A stretch of DNA of 64,000 nt, taken from Planctomycetota bacterium (lineage in GTDB: Bacteria > Planctomycetota > PLA2 > JAEUHO01). Under the pieces are notes generated by a model, which saw only the letters and a program-made list of their open reading frames with translations, was not told the origin of the DNA and ran no database searches. This document shows positions 28,407 to 37,497 of this stretch, piece after piece. The translations under genes and the position numbers were made by a program. Numbering within the stretch: position 1 is the stretch's first letter; every line of letters begins with the position of its first letter. The stretch lies in the NCBI GenBank assembly GCA_965223505.1, contig CBDCWP010000040.1:96001-160000 (forward strand), given 5' to 3'.

Positions 28407-29138
28407 ATGCGTCGGGTTGTTGTCGTAGACGGCGGCGCCTCGATACGAGGCGTATTGGGCGATCTGTTTCGACGTCCGGCCTGGGCGCCGCTCGTCGAAG
28501 TCACTTCCGGCGAGCGCGGGATCCAGGCGCTGCGACTGGCACGCCCTGATCTCTCAATCGTAAACGTCGTACCCGCGATGGAGGCAAGCGCGCTCGATTT
28601 CATTGAGACCGTGCGGCACGATCAACTCCTCGATCGCTGCGCGATCGTCGCGCTGCTGCCTGTCGTCAGTACCGAGTGCGCGAGGCGGTTCCACGAGGGC
28701 GCCGATCTGTGCATGTCGCCTGAGTGGGTCGTCGAGTCGCCGGGGACGTTTCACTCGTTCGTCGAGTGCGTGCTCGAGCGTCGCGACGGTAGTACCACGC
28801 CGGTGTTGCATGTGGATTCGGGGCGGCAAACGGCCAGGTACGGCAACACAGAGCACGCGCTCTCGGAGTGTGAACTCCGCATCCTCTCGCGGATCATCGA
28901 GACGACCGAGAGGGTCGTGACGCATGCGGAGCTGGCGATGGCGATCTCGAGAAGCGACGACGAGAACGGGCGCAAGGCGGTGCGGCGAGCTGTCGCGGGG
29001 ATACGCTCCAAGCTCAAGTCCTGCCCCGGCCTCATCGAAACGGTGTCGGGGGTCGGGTATAGGGCAGGAACGAGGTTTCAGATCCAAGTCGCCCGGTCTT
29101 TCCGGCGACATTCGAGGGCGTTGCGCGGTGACGCGTAG
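28407..29138 (+). CDS. OmpR/PhoB-family regulator with degenerate (pseudo-)receiver domain
   Basis: wHTH LSECELRIL...RVVTHAEL...IRSKL...IETVSGVGYR; receiver PDLSIVN has Asn at the phospho-Asp position and lacks the KP motif. Confidence 0.85.
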   Translation: MRRVVVVDGGASIRGVLGDLFRRPAWAPLVEVTSGERGIQALRLARPDLSIVNVVPAMEASALDFIETVRHDQLLDRCAIVALLPVVSTECARRFHEGADLCMSPEWVVESPGTFHSFVECVLERRDGSTTPVLHVDSGRQTARYGNTEHALSECELRILSRIIETTERVVTHAELAMAISRSDDENGRKAVRRAVAGIRSKLKSCPGLIETVSGVGYRAGTRFQIQVARSFRRHSRALRGDA

Positions 29139-29179
29139 GGCCGGACCATAGATGTGCGGTTGACCGGCAAGTGGCCAGA

Positions 29180-29545
29180 CTACGGTTGACCCCACTTCTC
29201 CTGTTCGCGCGTGTAGATCACCGTCATGCCAGTCCTCGAGCACGTGAGTACGTACTCTTGAGAGAAGTCAATATCGAGATCCTCGCCTCGTAGCGCCTGC
29301 CATTGCGCAAGGTAATTGAGCGTGCCGTATTTCCTCTTCTTGATCTTCTCCTCCACGCCTCCCTTCCAACCCAGGACGGGAAGTTCGCCGTTCGCCGCGC
29401 GTTCGGCAAGCTTCGGGTTTTCTAGGCGAAGCCGCCGCCCGACCTCCCAGCAGACGATCAAGCCTCTGTCCGGACCTCTCCAGCGTTCTGCAAGCGGACC
29501 CTCGATGTCAGGGGCGTTGCGGTGTCTTTGAACCCGTCGGCTCAT
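29180..29545 (-). CDS. Hypothetical protein
   Basis: 121-aa ORF with RBS GGAGAG and protein-like composition. Confidence 0.55.
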   Translation of the reverse strand: MSRRVQRHRNAPDIEGPLAERWRGPDRGLIVCWEVGRRLRLENPKLAERAANGELPVLGWKGGVEEKIKKRKYGTLNYLAQWQALRGEDLDIDFSQEYVLTCSRTGMTVIYTREQEKWGQP

Positions 29546-29677
29546 GGGCGTCTCTCCAACAGCGATCGCACGGGACCACCTCCGGACAACATAGCGCGAA
29601 CGGCGCACCGCGCCGATACCACGCCTTGGCAAGTTGATGTACGCTGCGGGTGCTGGACTGTGTGAGGGCGCTACGAG

Positions 29678-29890
29678 TTGAATCAGGTTGGCGAGCCGCT
29701 CTTCGTTTCGATCGACTGCGAGACGGCGAACTGCGATCTGCGGAGCATCTGCCAGGTTGGTATCGTTGCTTTCGATTCAGACGGCCCTGTCAAGGAATGG
29801 TCGTCGCTCGTAGATCCCGACGACTGGTTCGACGAGGTGAACATCGAGATACACGGAATCGATGAGAACGCCGTCCGGGACGCGCCCAGC
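29678..29890 (+). pseudogene. Truncated DEDDh 3'-5' exonuclease (DnaQ-like) N-terminus
   Basis: FVSIDCETAN...SICQVG...SSLVDP...IHGI...VRDAP, after which similarity is lost. Confidence 0.75.
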
Positions 29891-29899
29891 CCGGTCGAG

Positions 29900-30162
29900 A
29901 GGGCAAGACGCGCAAGCCACTACCTCCCGATCAGGTCGATCGCACGATCCCGGTCATGCCGGAGCGGTGCGCCGGGTGTCGCTCGACACTTCGGCCCGAG
30001 GACGTGGCTGGTGATCCGTTCCGTCATCAGGTCATCGAGATCCCTCCCGTCGTTGCCGAGGTCGTCGAGTACCTCCTGCATGCCCTCAAGTGTAGGCGCT
30101 GCGGCGAGATCACCGCCGCGGACCTGCCCGAGGACGTGCCCAAGCACCCCGCCTCGACGTAG
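29900..30162 (+). pseudogene. IS66-family transposase zinc-finger fragment
   Basis: PERCAGC...RHQVIEIPPVVAEVVEY...CRRCG...ADLP. Confidence 0.75.
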
Positions 30163-30400
30163 AACGCGAAGCCGCGTGTGACGCACTTGAAGTCCGGCCC
30201 GCCGTTCTTCGGATGTTCGGCCGGCTCGATGTGATCGACGTAGCGCACGAGCCAGCGCCGGCATAGCGCCCCCCAGATCGCTCCCTCGATCATCCGGTCG
30301 TCAGCGAGCCGGCGCCGCCACTGCGTCAGGTAACGCGGCGTGAAGCCCGACAGCCAAGTAGCGTGTTCGTCGATTGTGGGCGCATGGACGCGCCGCAGCT
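30150..30400 (-). pseudogene. Fragment of a PD-(D/E)xK-like nuclease; boundaries approximate
   Basis: IEPAEHPKNGGPDFKCVTRGFAFYVEA, truncated at the IS66 fragment. Confidence 0.4.
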
Positions 30401-30668
30401 CGTCCGGCGTGCGCCGACCGGGTCGATCCGTTTGAACCTCGAAGCCGGACTCGCTCCGGTATGGCGCCGTGATCTTGCGGAAGCTCCTCCGCGCGCATCG
30501 AGACCGATGCCGGGCAAGGCTCCGCTTCCTGCGAATGACGGCCGGCCGACGTGCGCACCGGGTCGAAGCCCTTCGGGAGATGCAATCCGTTCGCGCGGAC
30601 ATCGCCGCGGTGAAGGCGGGAGATGCGGAACGACTGCACAACCTTCTGGCTAAACGAGGGCGGTTTCG

Positions 30669-31379
30669 TCAGTAGTCGGTGCGGCAGGCACGGGCTGTAT
30701 TTTCGCGGCGACCCCCGACCATCCGCTTCACGACCTGGACGTGCCAGCACTTGGCGTCGCGGGGATTGCGAGCCTCCGCGATCAGCACGCGCCCGATCCG
30801 GCGCAGCGACAACCCCGCCGCCCGCAGCTCCCGTGCCCGCGCGACCGTGGCCTGCTCGTCGGCATCCTCGACGACCCTTCCGTCCTCGAGCCGGTAGCCA
30901 TAGGGAACGCCCCCGACACGCTCGCCATTCGCTTTCTTGACCGCCAGCGCGGCCTTCGTTCGAGACCGGATGATCGCGCGCTCGTACTGCGCGAACACGT
31001 CGATGACGCCTCTAAGCAGCTGCGCCTCGGGGCCGTCGCCGTTGCCGGTGCCGTCGGCGGACTGCACCCGCGCGCCGTGCCGCTCGCACAGCCGCTCGAC
31101 CAAGGCGGCGGTTAGTACGTCCCGGGCGAGGCGGTCACGCTTCGCCACAACCAGCAGACTGGCGCCTTCGCGCCTTACCGAATCGATCGCAGCGACGAGC
31201 TCGGGTCGCTTCTCGAACGCCGCGCCGCCGGACACGCCACTATCGAAGTGCCAGGCGACGACCACTACATCGTTTCGCTTTGCCCACGTACGGATCGCCT
31301 CGCGCTGTGCCTCGGGTGAGAGGTCCTGGCGGGACGTGGAGCAGCGTAGGTAGGCGATGGCGCAGGTCGGCTCGCTCAT
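30669..31379 (-). CDS. Serine recombinase (resolvase/invertase family)
   Basis: AYLRCST catalytic Ser, DSGVSG, RPEL, KRDRLAR, AQYERAIIRSRT, PYGY. Confidence 0.92.
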   Translation of the reverse strand: MSEPTCAIAYLRCSTSRQDLSPEAQREAIRTWAKRNDVVVVAWHFDSGVSGGAAFEKRPELVAAIDSVRREGASLLVVAKRDRLARDVLTAALVERLCERHGARVQSADGTGNGDGPEAQLLRGVIDVFAQYERAIIRSRTKAALAVKKANGERVGGVPYGYRLEDGRVVEDADEQATVARARELRAAGLSLRRIGRVLIAEARNPRDAKCWHVQVVKRMVGGRRENTARACRTDY

Positions 31380-31541
31380 GTGGGCCTCCAAGGGCGAGGC
31401 GCATGAGGGCGTTGAGGGCCCGGGAGATCAAGGGAACTCAGCCTGTGGGGCGGCAAGCGCGGGGCGGTTTGTCTGTTTCGCGTCGGATCTGCGCCCGTTC
31501 TCTGTCCGACTCCCGCTTCCGCCTCTACGACGCTTGTCAGC

Positions 31542-31790
31542 TCACTTTTCCCTGGAAGGCTTCACTGGCTCTCGTTTGTCCGCAACGGTGTATCGCTGAT
31601 AGCACTGGGCGCAAGTCAGCTCGATCTTGTTGCGCCGCTGGCTCTTCAGAATGCCAAGAACGTCGGACGGCACATCGGAATCTGTTACTTCAATGTCAAT
31701 CGGCGGTGCATCGAGACGGGGCGGAACTGACGCGTCGCGCACCCACTGAATCTGCCCATCACAACCGTCAAGTCTGCAAGAAAAGTCCAT
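31542..31790 (-). CDS. Small putative Zn-ribbon protein
   Basis: CRLDGC...CAQC; RBS GGAG upstream. Confidence 0.3.
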   Translation of the reverse strand: MDFSCRLDGCDGQIQWVRDASVPPRLDAPPIDIEVTDSDVPSDVLGILKSQRRNKIELTCAQCYQRYTVADKREPVKPSREK

Positions 31791-31908
31791 GGTGGACTCC
31801 CCGAGGAGCATCATCGCTCACTCGACTTATCTGTAAGCGTCCTGTGAACCGCGCCTTGCAGCGTTGTTTCGATCCGTCAGGATTCTCCGTTCTGAACGGA
31901 GATGGCCG

Positions 31909-32226
31909 ATGGCAGCGAAGAAACGGTGGCGCGGCAGAGCGACGTACGAGCGGTTGCTCGAGCAGCGCGCGCGTGAGGGCCTGACGTTTTCTGAACTCGC
32001 CGAGCGCTCCGGTGTCCCGGTTGGGACGCTTCAGCGCTGGGCTCGCCGACTGCGAAGCGAGGCGGCGAGCGCGGTCGAGCCCTTCGTGGAGCTCGCACCC
32101 GTTCAGCCGGAATCTTGCGAGGAGCGCGTCGAAGTCGTGCTGTGTTCAGGCCGCACGATCTACCTGCCGACATCGAAACCGTTCGTGGGGCTCGAGGAGC
32201 TCGTGACGCTGCTCGAGTCGTGCTGA
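31909..32226 (+). CDS. tnpA: IS66 accessory protein TnpA (HTH)
   Basis: GLTFSELAERSGVPVGTLQRWARRL...FVEL. Confidence 0.88.
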   Translation: MAAKKRWRGRATYERLLEQRAREGLTFSELAERSGVPVGTLQRWARRLRSEAASAVEPFVELAPVQPESCEERVEVVLCSGRTIYLPTSKPFVGLEELVTLLESC

Positions 32227-32600
32227 GCCTGCCGGACGCGGTGCGCGTGTTCGTAGCGCGCGAGCCGGTGGACTTTCGCAAGGCGCACGACGGGCTGTGC
32301 CAGGTCGTTCGCGACGTCTTCGGCGACGACCCGCTCTCGGGGCATCTGTTCGTGTTCACCAACAAGCGTCGTGATCGTATCAAGCTGCTCTTCTGGGACC
32401 GCAACGGACTGTGGCTTCTGTACAAGCGATTGGAGCGCGGCACGTTCCCGCGCTTCTCGCTGCCCGGACGTGCATCGCGCCGCGAGGTCGATCGTTCGTG
32501 GCTTGCGATGTTGCTCGACGGATTGGAGCCGTTCTCGGCAAAAGTTCATTCGCGTCATGTCCGACGTGTGCGTATAGATGAACGCAGCGCGCATGGATGA
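32220..32600 (+). CDS. tnpB: IS66 accessory protein TnpB
   Basis: PVDFRKAHDGL...LFVFTNKRRDRIKLLFWDRNGLWLLYKRLERGTF. Confidence 0.95.
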   Translation: MLSLPDAVRVFVAREPVDFRKAHDGLCQVVRDVFGDDPLSGHLFVFTNKRRDRIKLLFWDRNGLWLLYKRLERGTFPRFSLPGRASRREVDRSWLAMLLDGLEPFSAKVHSRHVRRVRIDERSAHG

Positions 32601-34185
32601 ACGCACGGCCCTTCTCGAACGTATCAATGAGCTCGAGAACGAGGTGTCGGCGCGCGACGCGAAGATCGGAGAGCGCGACGCTGCGATCGAATCGCGCGAT
32701 GCGAAGATCGCGCAACTCCTACAAAACGTGGATGCGCTCAAGCGCATGATCTGGGGCGGCTCGGAGAAGCAATCGACCAACGCTGCGCCGCTTGAATCCG
32801 CGCAGTTGTTCCTGGCCGGCATCCTCGAGCGAGCGCTGCGCGGGCCTGAGGCCAAGGGTGCGGTGGCCACGAGCCAGATCCAGGTTCCTGCGCACACGCG
32901 CAAGAAGAAGGGGCGCCGCAACCAGTTCCCCGAGCACCTGCCGGTGCTCAAGACGACGTTCGAGCTTGCGGAGACGGAGCGCTCATGCCCCTGCGGCGGC
33001 CATTTGGAGCCGATGGGCAAGCAAACCAGCAAGGAGCTCGAGCGGGTGGAGTTCTCGCTGGTGCACGAGATCGAGCGGGTGAAGTACAGCTGCCGAAGTT
33101 GCCAAGAGAACGTGGTGACCGCGGCGGGTCCTGAGCGGGTGATCGACAAGGGCATCCTGGGTGTGGGGTTCTTGGCGCACGTGCTCACGGAGCGGTTCTT
33201 GAATCACATGCCGTATCACCGGCAGGAGAAGAAGTACGGATCGGAAGGCCTTTCGCTCTCGCGCTCGGTGCTCTCTTCTTCCTCGATCCGCTGCGCACAG
33301 CTCCTGGAGCCCATCGTGGATCAACTGCGGCGCGAGATTCTGGGTTCGGACATCGTGCACACCGACGACACACCGGTGACGATGCTTCAAGACAGCACGG
33401 GCGTGAAGCGCCAGGCGCGGGTGTGGATCTATCGCGACATCGACGGCCGTTGCTTCTTCGATTTCACGCAGACTCGCAGCCGGGACGGGCCACAGAAGAT
33501 CTTCGGCGACTTCGGCGGCTACATCGTGGCCGATGCGTTTCCGGGCTACGACAAGTTCTTCACGCACGGCACGGCCACGGAAGTGGCCTGCTGGGCACAC
33601 GCGCGTCGGAAGTTCGTGGCGGCGGAGTCGAGCGAGCCGAAGCTGGCCAAGGAAGCGATTCGCCAGATCGGCGAGTTGTACGCAATCGAGAAGCTCGGCA
33701 AGGACCTGGACGCGAAAGCTCGAAGAGAGCTTCGCGTACGTGAGTCCCTGCCGCGACTTGGCGCGCTGCGGACGTGGTTCGCGGCAACGCGCTCGACGGT
33801 TCTGGACAAAGGCGCCATGGGCCAGGCCATCGACTACGCGCTATCCAACTGGGACGCGCTCGTGCGCTACACCGAGGACGGGCGGCTTCCGATCGACAAC
33901 AACGCCGCGGAGCGCGCGCTCAGAGGCGTCGCGGTGGGACGCAAGAACTGGATGTTCGTAGGCAACCAGGCCGGCGGCGAGACGGCCGCGGGAATGTACA
34001 GCCTGGTGGAGAGCTGCAAGGCCGCGGGCGTGAATCCGCGCGAGTACTTCCAGGACGTGTTGCTGCGCATCGCCACGTGCTCGGATGTGACCAAGCTCAC
34101 GCCGCACGGATGGAAGGAACACTTCCTGCCGGACGTCGAGCAGCGACGCCAGAGCGCGCTGAAGAAGCTCTTCGCTCGCGCGTAG
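32578..34185 (+). CDS. tnpC: IS66 DDE transposase TnpC
   Basis: Coiled coil, Zn finger, HTDDTP, CWAHARRKF, IDNNAAERALR. Confidence 0.96.
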   Translation: MNAARMDERTALLERINELENEVSARDAKIGERDAAIESRDAKIAQLLQNVDALKRMIWGGSEKQSTNAAPLESAQLFLAGILERALRGPEAKGAVATSQIQVPAHTRKKKGRRNQFPEHLPVLKTTFELAETERSCPCGGHLEPMGKQTSKELERVEFSLVHEIERVKYSCRSCQENVVTAAGPERVIDKGILGVGFLAHVLTERFLNHMPYHRQEKKYGSEGLSLSRSVLSSSSIRCAQLLEPIVDQLRREILGSDIVHTDDTPVTMLQDSTGVKRQARVWIYRDIDGRCFFDFTQTRSRDGPQKIFGDFGGYIVADAFPGYDKFFTHGTATEVACWAHARRKFVAAESSEPKLAKEAIRQIGELYAIEKLGKDLDAKARRELRVRESLPRLGALRTWFAATRSTVLDKGAMGQAIDYALSNWDALVRYTEDGRLPIDNNAAERALRGVAVGRKNWMFVGNQAGGETAAGMYSLVESCKAAGVNPREYFQDVLLRIATCSDVTKLTPHGWKEHFLPDVEQRRQSALKKLFARA

Positions 34186-34304
34186 CGTCCCCTACGTGAC
34201 TCGCCGACGAACGCAAGGCGGGTTTCGCCGGACGCTTACACTTATCTTATACTGAGCAAGTCGGCCTCCGGGGTCGGCGCAGCCTATGATCCTGTTGCGT
34301 CCCG

Positions 34305-34799
34305 GTGATTGGAGCTATCTCAGTGCCCAGATCGACCGCCTGCATCGTTCTCTCCGCGTTCTTGTCGTGCGCTTGCGTGCAGCCCCAGTTCGCGCGCCCC
34401 GAACGCCGGACCGTCGCGAGGGAAGATCCCGCGGCGCCCTCTCCTCAGGTACGCAAGTCTCCGAGCGCGGAGCCTGGGCAGCCTGCTCCCACACCCAAAG
34501 GGGCGTCAACTGGGCTGGCGATCAAGACTGAGCGCATCAGATTCAATGATCGCCAAGTGCACAGCGTCGTGATCACTGGCAGTAACAACACGGTGTTCCT
34601 TGCCTCCAGCTCAACTACCGACCCGACCGTCTCCAGCGTCATCAATGGTGTCGGCACAGGACGCACTACCATTCCCCTCGTCGGACGATTCAAGCTCGTG
34701 GTTCGGGGGAACGGCAACGTCATCCACATTCCGGCGGCTGCTCGTGAACGCGCAGAGATCGAATTAAAGGGGGAACGAAACCAGTTTGTTTGGCAGTGA
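34305..34799 (+). CDS. Putative lipoprotein with small beta-helical domain
   Basis: LSCAC lipobox-like; repeated ITGSNN/VRGNGN/LKGERN. Confidence 0.5.
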   Translation: MIGAISVPRSTACIVLSAFLSCACVQPQFARPERRTVAREDPAAPSPQVRKSPSAEPGQPAPTPKGASTGLAIKTERIRFNDRQVHSVVITGSNNTVFLASSSTTDPTVSSVINGVGTGRTTIPLVGRFKLVVRGNGNVIHIPAAARERAEIELKGERNQFVWQ

Positions 34800-34867
34800 C
34801 GCGAGTGCGGGCGGAGTCAAGCGTCGCACTCCGCCAACGCAAGTTGCCTACCAGGGACGATCCAGTC

Positions 34868-36718
34868 CTAGCGAGGAACGATCAGCACCGTGCAGCCCGC
34901 CTCAGCAGCAAAGCCCTGCCGAAACGCTCTGCGATCCGCGATCGTCGAGTCGGGGTCGTAGATTACGAAGAGCGTGTGTCCGGCCGCTCTGTACTTGACG
35001 ATGTCGGCCGCGACCTCGTCTGTGATCTTGCTTGGTGGCCGCGTCTTCCGAGGGTACTTCGCCTCGATCAGCAGGTCGTGGCCCGCGACCTGATGGTCCG
35101 GTACCGCCCGTACGCTGGCGAATCGGATCGCGGGATGCTCGCGGCGCAGTGACTCTCCGTCGGCATTCAGCACCGCTTCGATGTGGTCGTTCAGCGAGTG
35201 TTCCCTGCTCGGCCGCTCATGCTGGAAGGCAATCGGGATGCTGTTCGACAGCCGGTCGGCGAGCGCCGCGATCAGAGCCTCTACAGGAGGTCTCAGATAG
35301 GCGCGATTCCGAATCAAGTCGAGCGCCGTGTCGGCCACGACGGGCAAAGCCGGATCGTCGTACAGATCTCGAAGGCGCCTGAGCGCACCGCGGACGCGGG
35401 AACCGTGGGTCTGCCACAGGCGCCACAACTGCTCGAGCGCTTCTGGCTCTGAGTCCACACCGACATGCGGTAAGACGGCGAGCAGATCATTGACGCGCTC
35501 TCGTCCGAATCGATCGACGCCCATCTCGGACGTCCTAATGGCCTGGCGCACGTAGTCCACGAACGTGGTCTTCTGCTCCGCGTCCAGGACGTCGCGGGCG
35601 AGATCCTTCGCATAGAGCTGCGGGTTCTCGTTGTCTTCCAGTTCGGCCGCAAGAATCGCCAAACGACGATCCACACACTGGAAGCAGCATCCGCAGTGCG
35701 TCTTCCCCTCGCCGAGAATGAAGGTCTTGGTGCATGAGACACTGCTCGGCAGCAGGTCGATCTGCCCGTGACTCTCAAGCAATCGAACCACATCAGTCTT
35801 GGTCTTCCACAGGAACGGCGTCGCGATCTCGAACGGCTCCTCCGCAATGATCGTGAACAGTTGGTTCAGGCCGGCAATGGTCCGCGGGTGAGTCGTACGG
35901 CTGGACCGACCGAGGCCGGCATCCTCACGCCGGGGGAAATTCAACGACGTGATGCCGTTCTCGCAGGCGGCGAATCCGTCACGACCGAGGGCGCGGCCTA
36001 AAGCGAACGCCATGCACGCATAGAGGAAGAAACGCGAGCGCTGCGTTTCCTCCTGTGCTCGCTCGCCTGTCAGGTGGCACCGGAACTGGTAGTGCGCCAC
36101 GCGCCCCGCGTATCGTCCCCTCAGTGCTCGCACCAGTTCTCGCTGCGTGCGCGTGACGCTCGGCTGGCGGGAGGAGTGGCTGACCAGACACAACGGGGAG
36201 TCGCGCGTGGAGAGGTGCTCGACCGCACCGGCGAGCGAGTCCAGGCCACCAGAGAACAACTGGACATCGGCGTCCGATGCGCACTCGGTCACTTCGCCGG
36301 TGTCGAAGAGCGATGCCGGCGGCGTGGCATGCCCGCCCTCGAACGCGAACCGGTACGGCTCATCGCCGGTCAGGAAGTGCAGGAGTTCCGTGAGGGCGTC
36401 TACGACGTCCGCACGCGCCCAGAACTCCGCGTCGCGGCAGCGGACCCGGAACTCAAGACGACGAGACCAGCTGTGAAACTCCAGGCTTGTGGGCGAGCCT
36501 CGTGATATCCGGCGATCTGCGCAGTAGACGTAGCTCGCCAGTTCGAGCAGATCGAGGAACCGCGGCGGGAGGGTTCCGAGACTCCGCACGAAGTCGGGCA
36601 ACCCGATCGCCACGTTCGCATCGGGCGGGCGGTACTCGAGCCGCAACTGCCCGCCCCTAGATCGCTCGCGTCGGCCCATCGCAGCACCGTTGCACAGAAT
36701 GACCGTGGGATCGCTCAT
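34868..36718 (-). CDS. QueC-like (QatC-type) protein with fused C-terminal PD-(D/E)xK nuclease
   Basis: LFSGGLDS PP-loop, QRSRFFLY, ENG, SRTTHP, SC...HCGCCFQCVDRR Zn site; C-terminal REHP...VPDH...LLIEAKY. Confidence 0.85.
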   Translation of the reverse strand: MSDPTVILCNGAAMGRRERSRGGQLRLEYRPPDANVAIGLPDFVRSLGTLPPRFLDLLELASYVYCADRRISRGSPTSLEFHSWSRRLEFRVRCRDAEFWARADVVDALTELLHFLTGDEPYRFAFEGGHATPPASLFDTGEVTECASDADVQLFSGGLDSLAGAVEHLSTRDSPLCLVSHSSRQPSVTRTQRELVRALRGRYAGRVAHYQFRCHLTGERAQEETQRSRFFLYACMAFALGRALGRDGFAACENGITSLNFPRREDAGLGRSSRTTHPRTIAGLNQLFTIIAEEPFEIATPFLWKTKTDVVRLLESHGQIDLLPSSVSCTKTFILGEGKTHCGCCFQCVDRRLAILAAELEDNENPQLYAKDLARDVLDAEQKTTFVDYVRQAIRTSEMGVDRFGRERVNDLLAVLPHVGVDSEPEALEQLWRLWQTHGSRVRGALRRLRDLYDDPALPVVADTALDLIRNRAYLRPPVEALIAALADRLSNSIPIAFQHERPSREHSLNDHIEAVLNADGESLRREHPAIRFASVRAVPDHQVAGHDLLIEAKYPRKTRPPSKITDEVAADIVKYRAAGHTLFVIYDPDSTIADRRAFRQGFAAEAGCTVLIVPR

Positions 36719-37497
36719 CACTCGGACCGGCCCTCGCGAGCGAGCACTTCGCGCAACTTCTCAAAGGCGTATGCGACGAATCCTCGTACAACCGAGGCTG
36801 TGGGCTGCCCCTTCTGAGCGATCTTGTTGAACCAGCCCGCGGCGAATGACTGGGCGATGCGCGCTGTCTCGAACGCGTGTTGAGAGACGTCGTTCAGATG
36901 CGCGCTCAGGTCAGCGTCCAGCGCATCACGCGCGTCGAAGTCGGACGACGCGGCGGAAGCAGCGCGTTCCAGGTAGTACTTCAGATAGCGCTCCGTGCAG
37001 CCAGCGAAGAACAAGCGGGCGAGGTCAGAGAAAGCGGAGCCGCTACCCAGCTTGCGCCAGACCTCGTGAGGGTGCTTCAGCTCCTCGAAGAGCGGCGCAT
37101 CGTGGGGCTTCGCTTGGTCGTACCACGTCACGACCGCATCGGCGGCAGCCCGTGCAGCGAGTTCGGCGTACTCCGGTGCTCCTTCGCTCGCGCCAGCCGC
37201 ATCATGTAGGAATCTCGCCGCCGCCAGCGGCGTGACGGTTCGTTCCGTTCCCAGAAGACGTTTGAGCGTCGCGTCATCGGGCTCGCGGCAGGCGAGCCCG
37301 ACGGAGACCAGCGCCTGGAAGACGCCAACCGTGCTGTTGTCGGACGCGAGCCTGCTGAACCGGTCCCGCACGGCATCAAGGGTCTCGATCGCCACCGCGC
37401 CGATCGCCACCGTGCCCGAGGCGGCCCCAGAGACATCAGAGACGATGTTTTTCCACCGCCGCGTCTTGGGAAGGAAGCCGAGTCGCTCATGCCCCAT
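36718..37497 (-). CDS. Helical partner protein of the QueC-like enzyme (QatB-analogous), N-terminal Met-Gly
   Basis: MGHERLGFLPKTRRW start with RBS GGAGG; TGATG coupling to the QueC-like gene. Confidence 0.7.
   Translation of the reverse strand: MGHERLGFLPKTRRWKNIVSDVSGAASGTVAIGAVAIETLDAVRDRFSRLASDNSTVGVFQALVSVGLACREPDDATLKRLLGTERTVTPLAAARFLHDAAGASEGAPEYAELAARAAADAVVTWYDQAKPHDAPLFEELKHPHEVWRKLGSGSAFSDLARLFFAGCTERYLKYYLERAASAASSDFDARDALDADLSAHLNDVSQHAFETARIAQSFAAGWFNKIAQKGQPTASVVRGFVAYAFEKLREVLAREGRSE

Larger units (their letters stand above)
31833..34239 (+). mobile_element. Complete IS66-family insertion sequence (2,407 bp)
   Basis: Terminal IRs begin GTAAGCGTCC (23/27 match); 8-bp target duplication ACTTATCT at 31825-31832 and 34240-34247; tnpA-tnpB-tnpC. 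Confidence 0.97.

Noticed and set aside
32220..32600. RNA-guided TnpB nuclease
   Set aside because: This is the small IS66 accessory TnpB, unrelated to IS200/IS605 TnpB; it has no RuvC motifs.
34868..36718. Housekeeping queC or a dpd DNA-modification cluster
   Set aside because: The protein is much longer than QueC, has QatC-type motifs and a nuclease tail, and no queD/queE/folE/tgt/dpdA genes are nearby.
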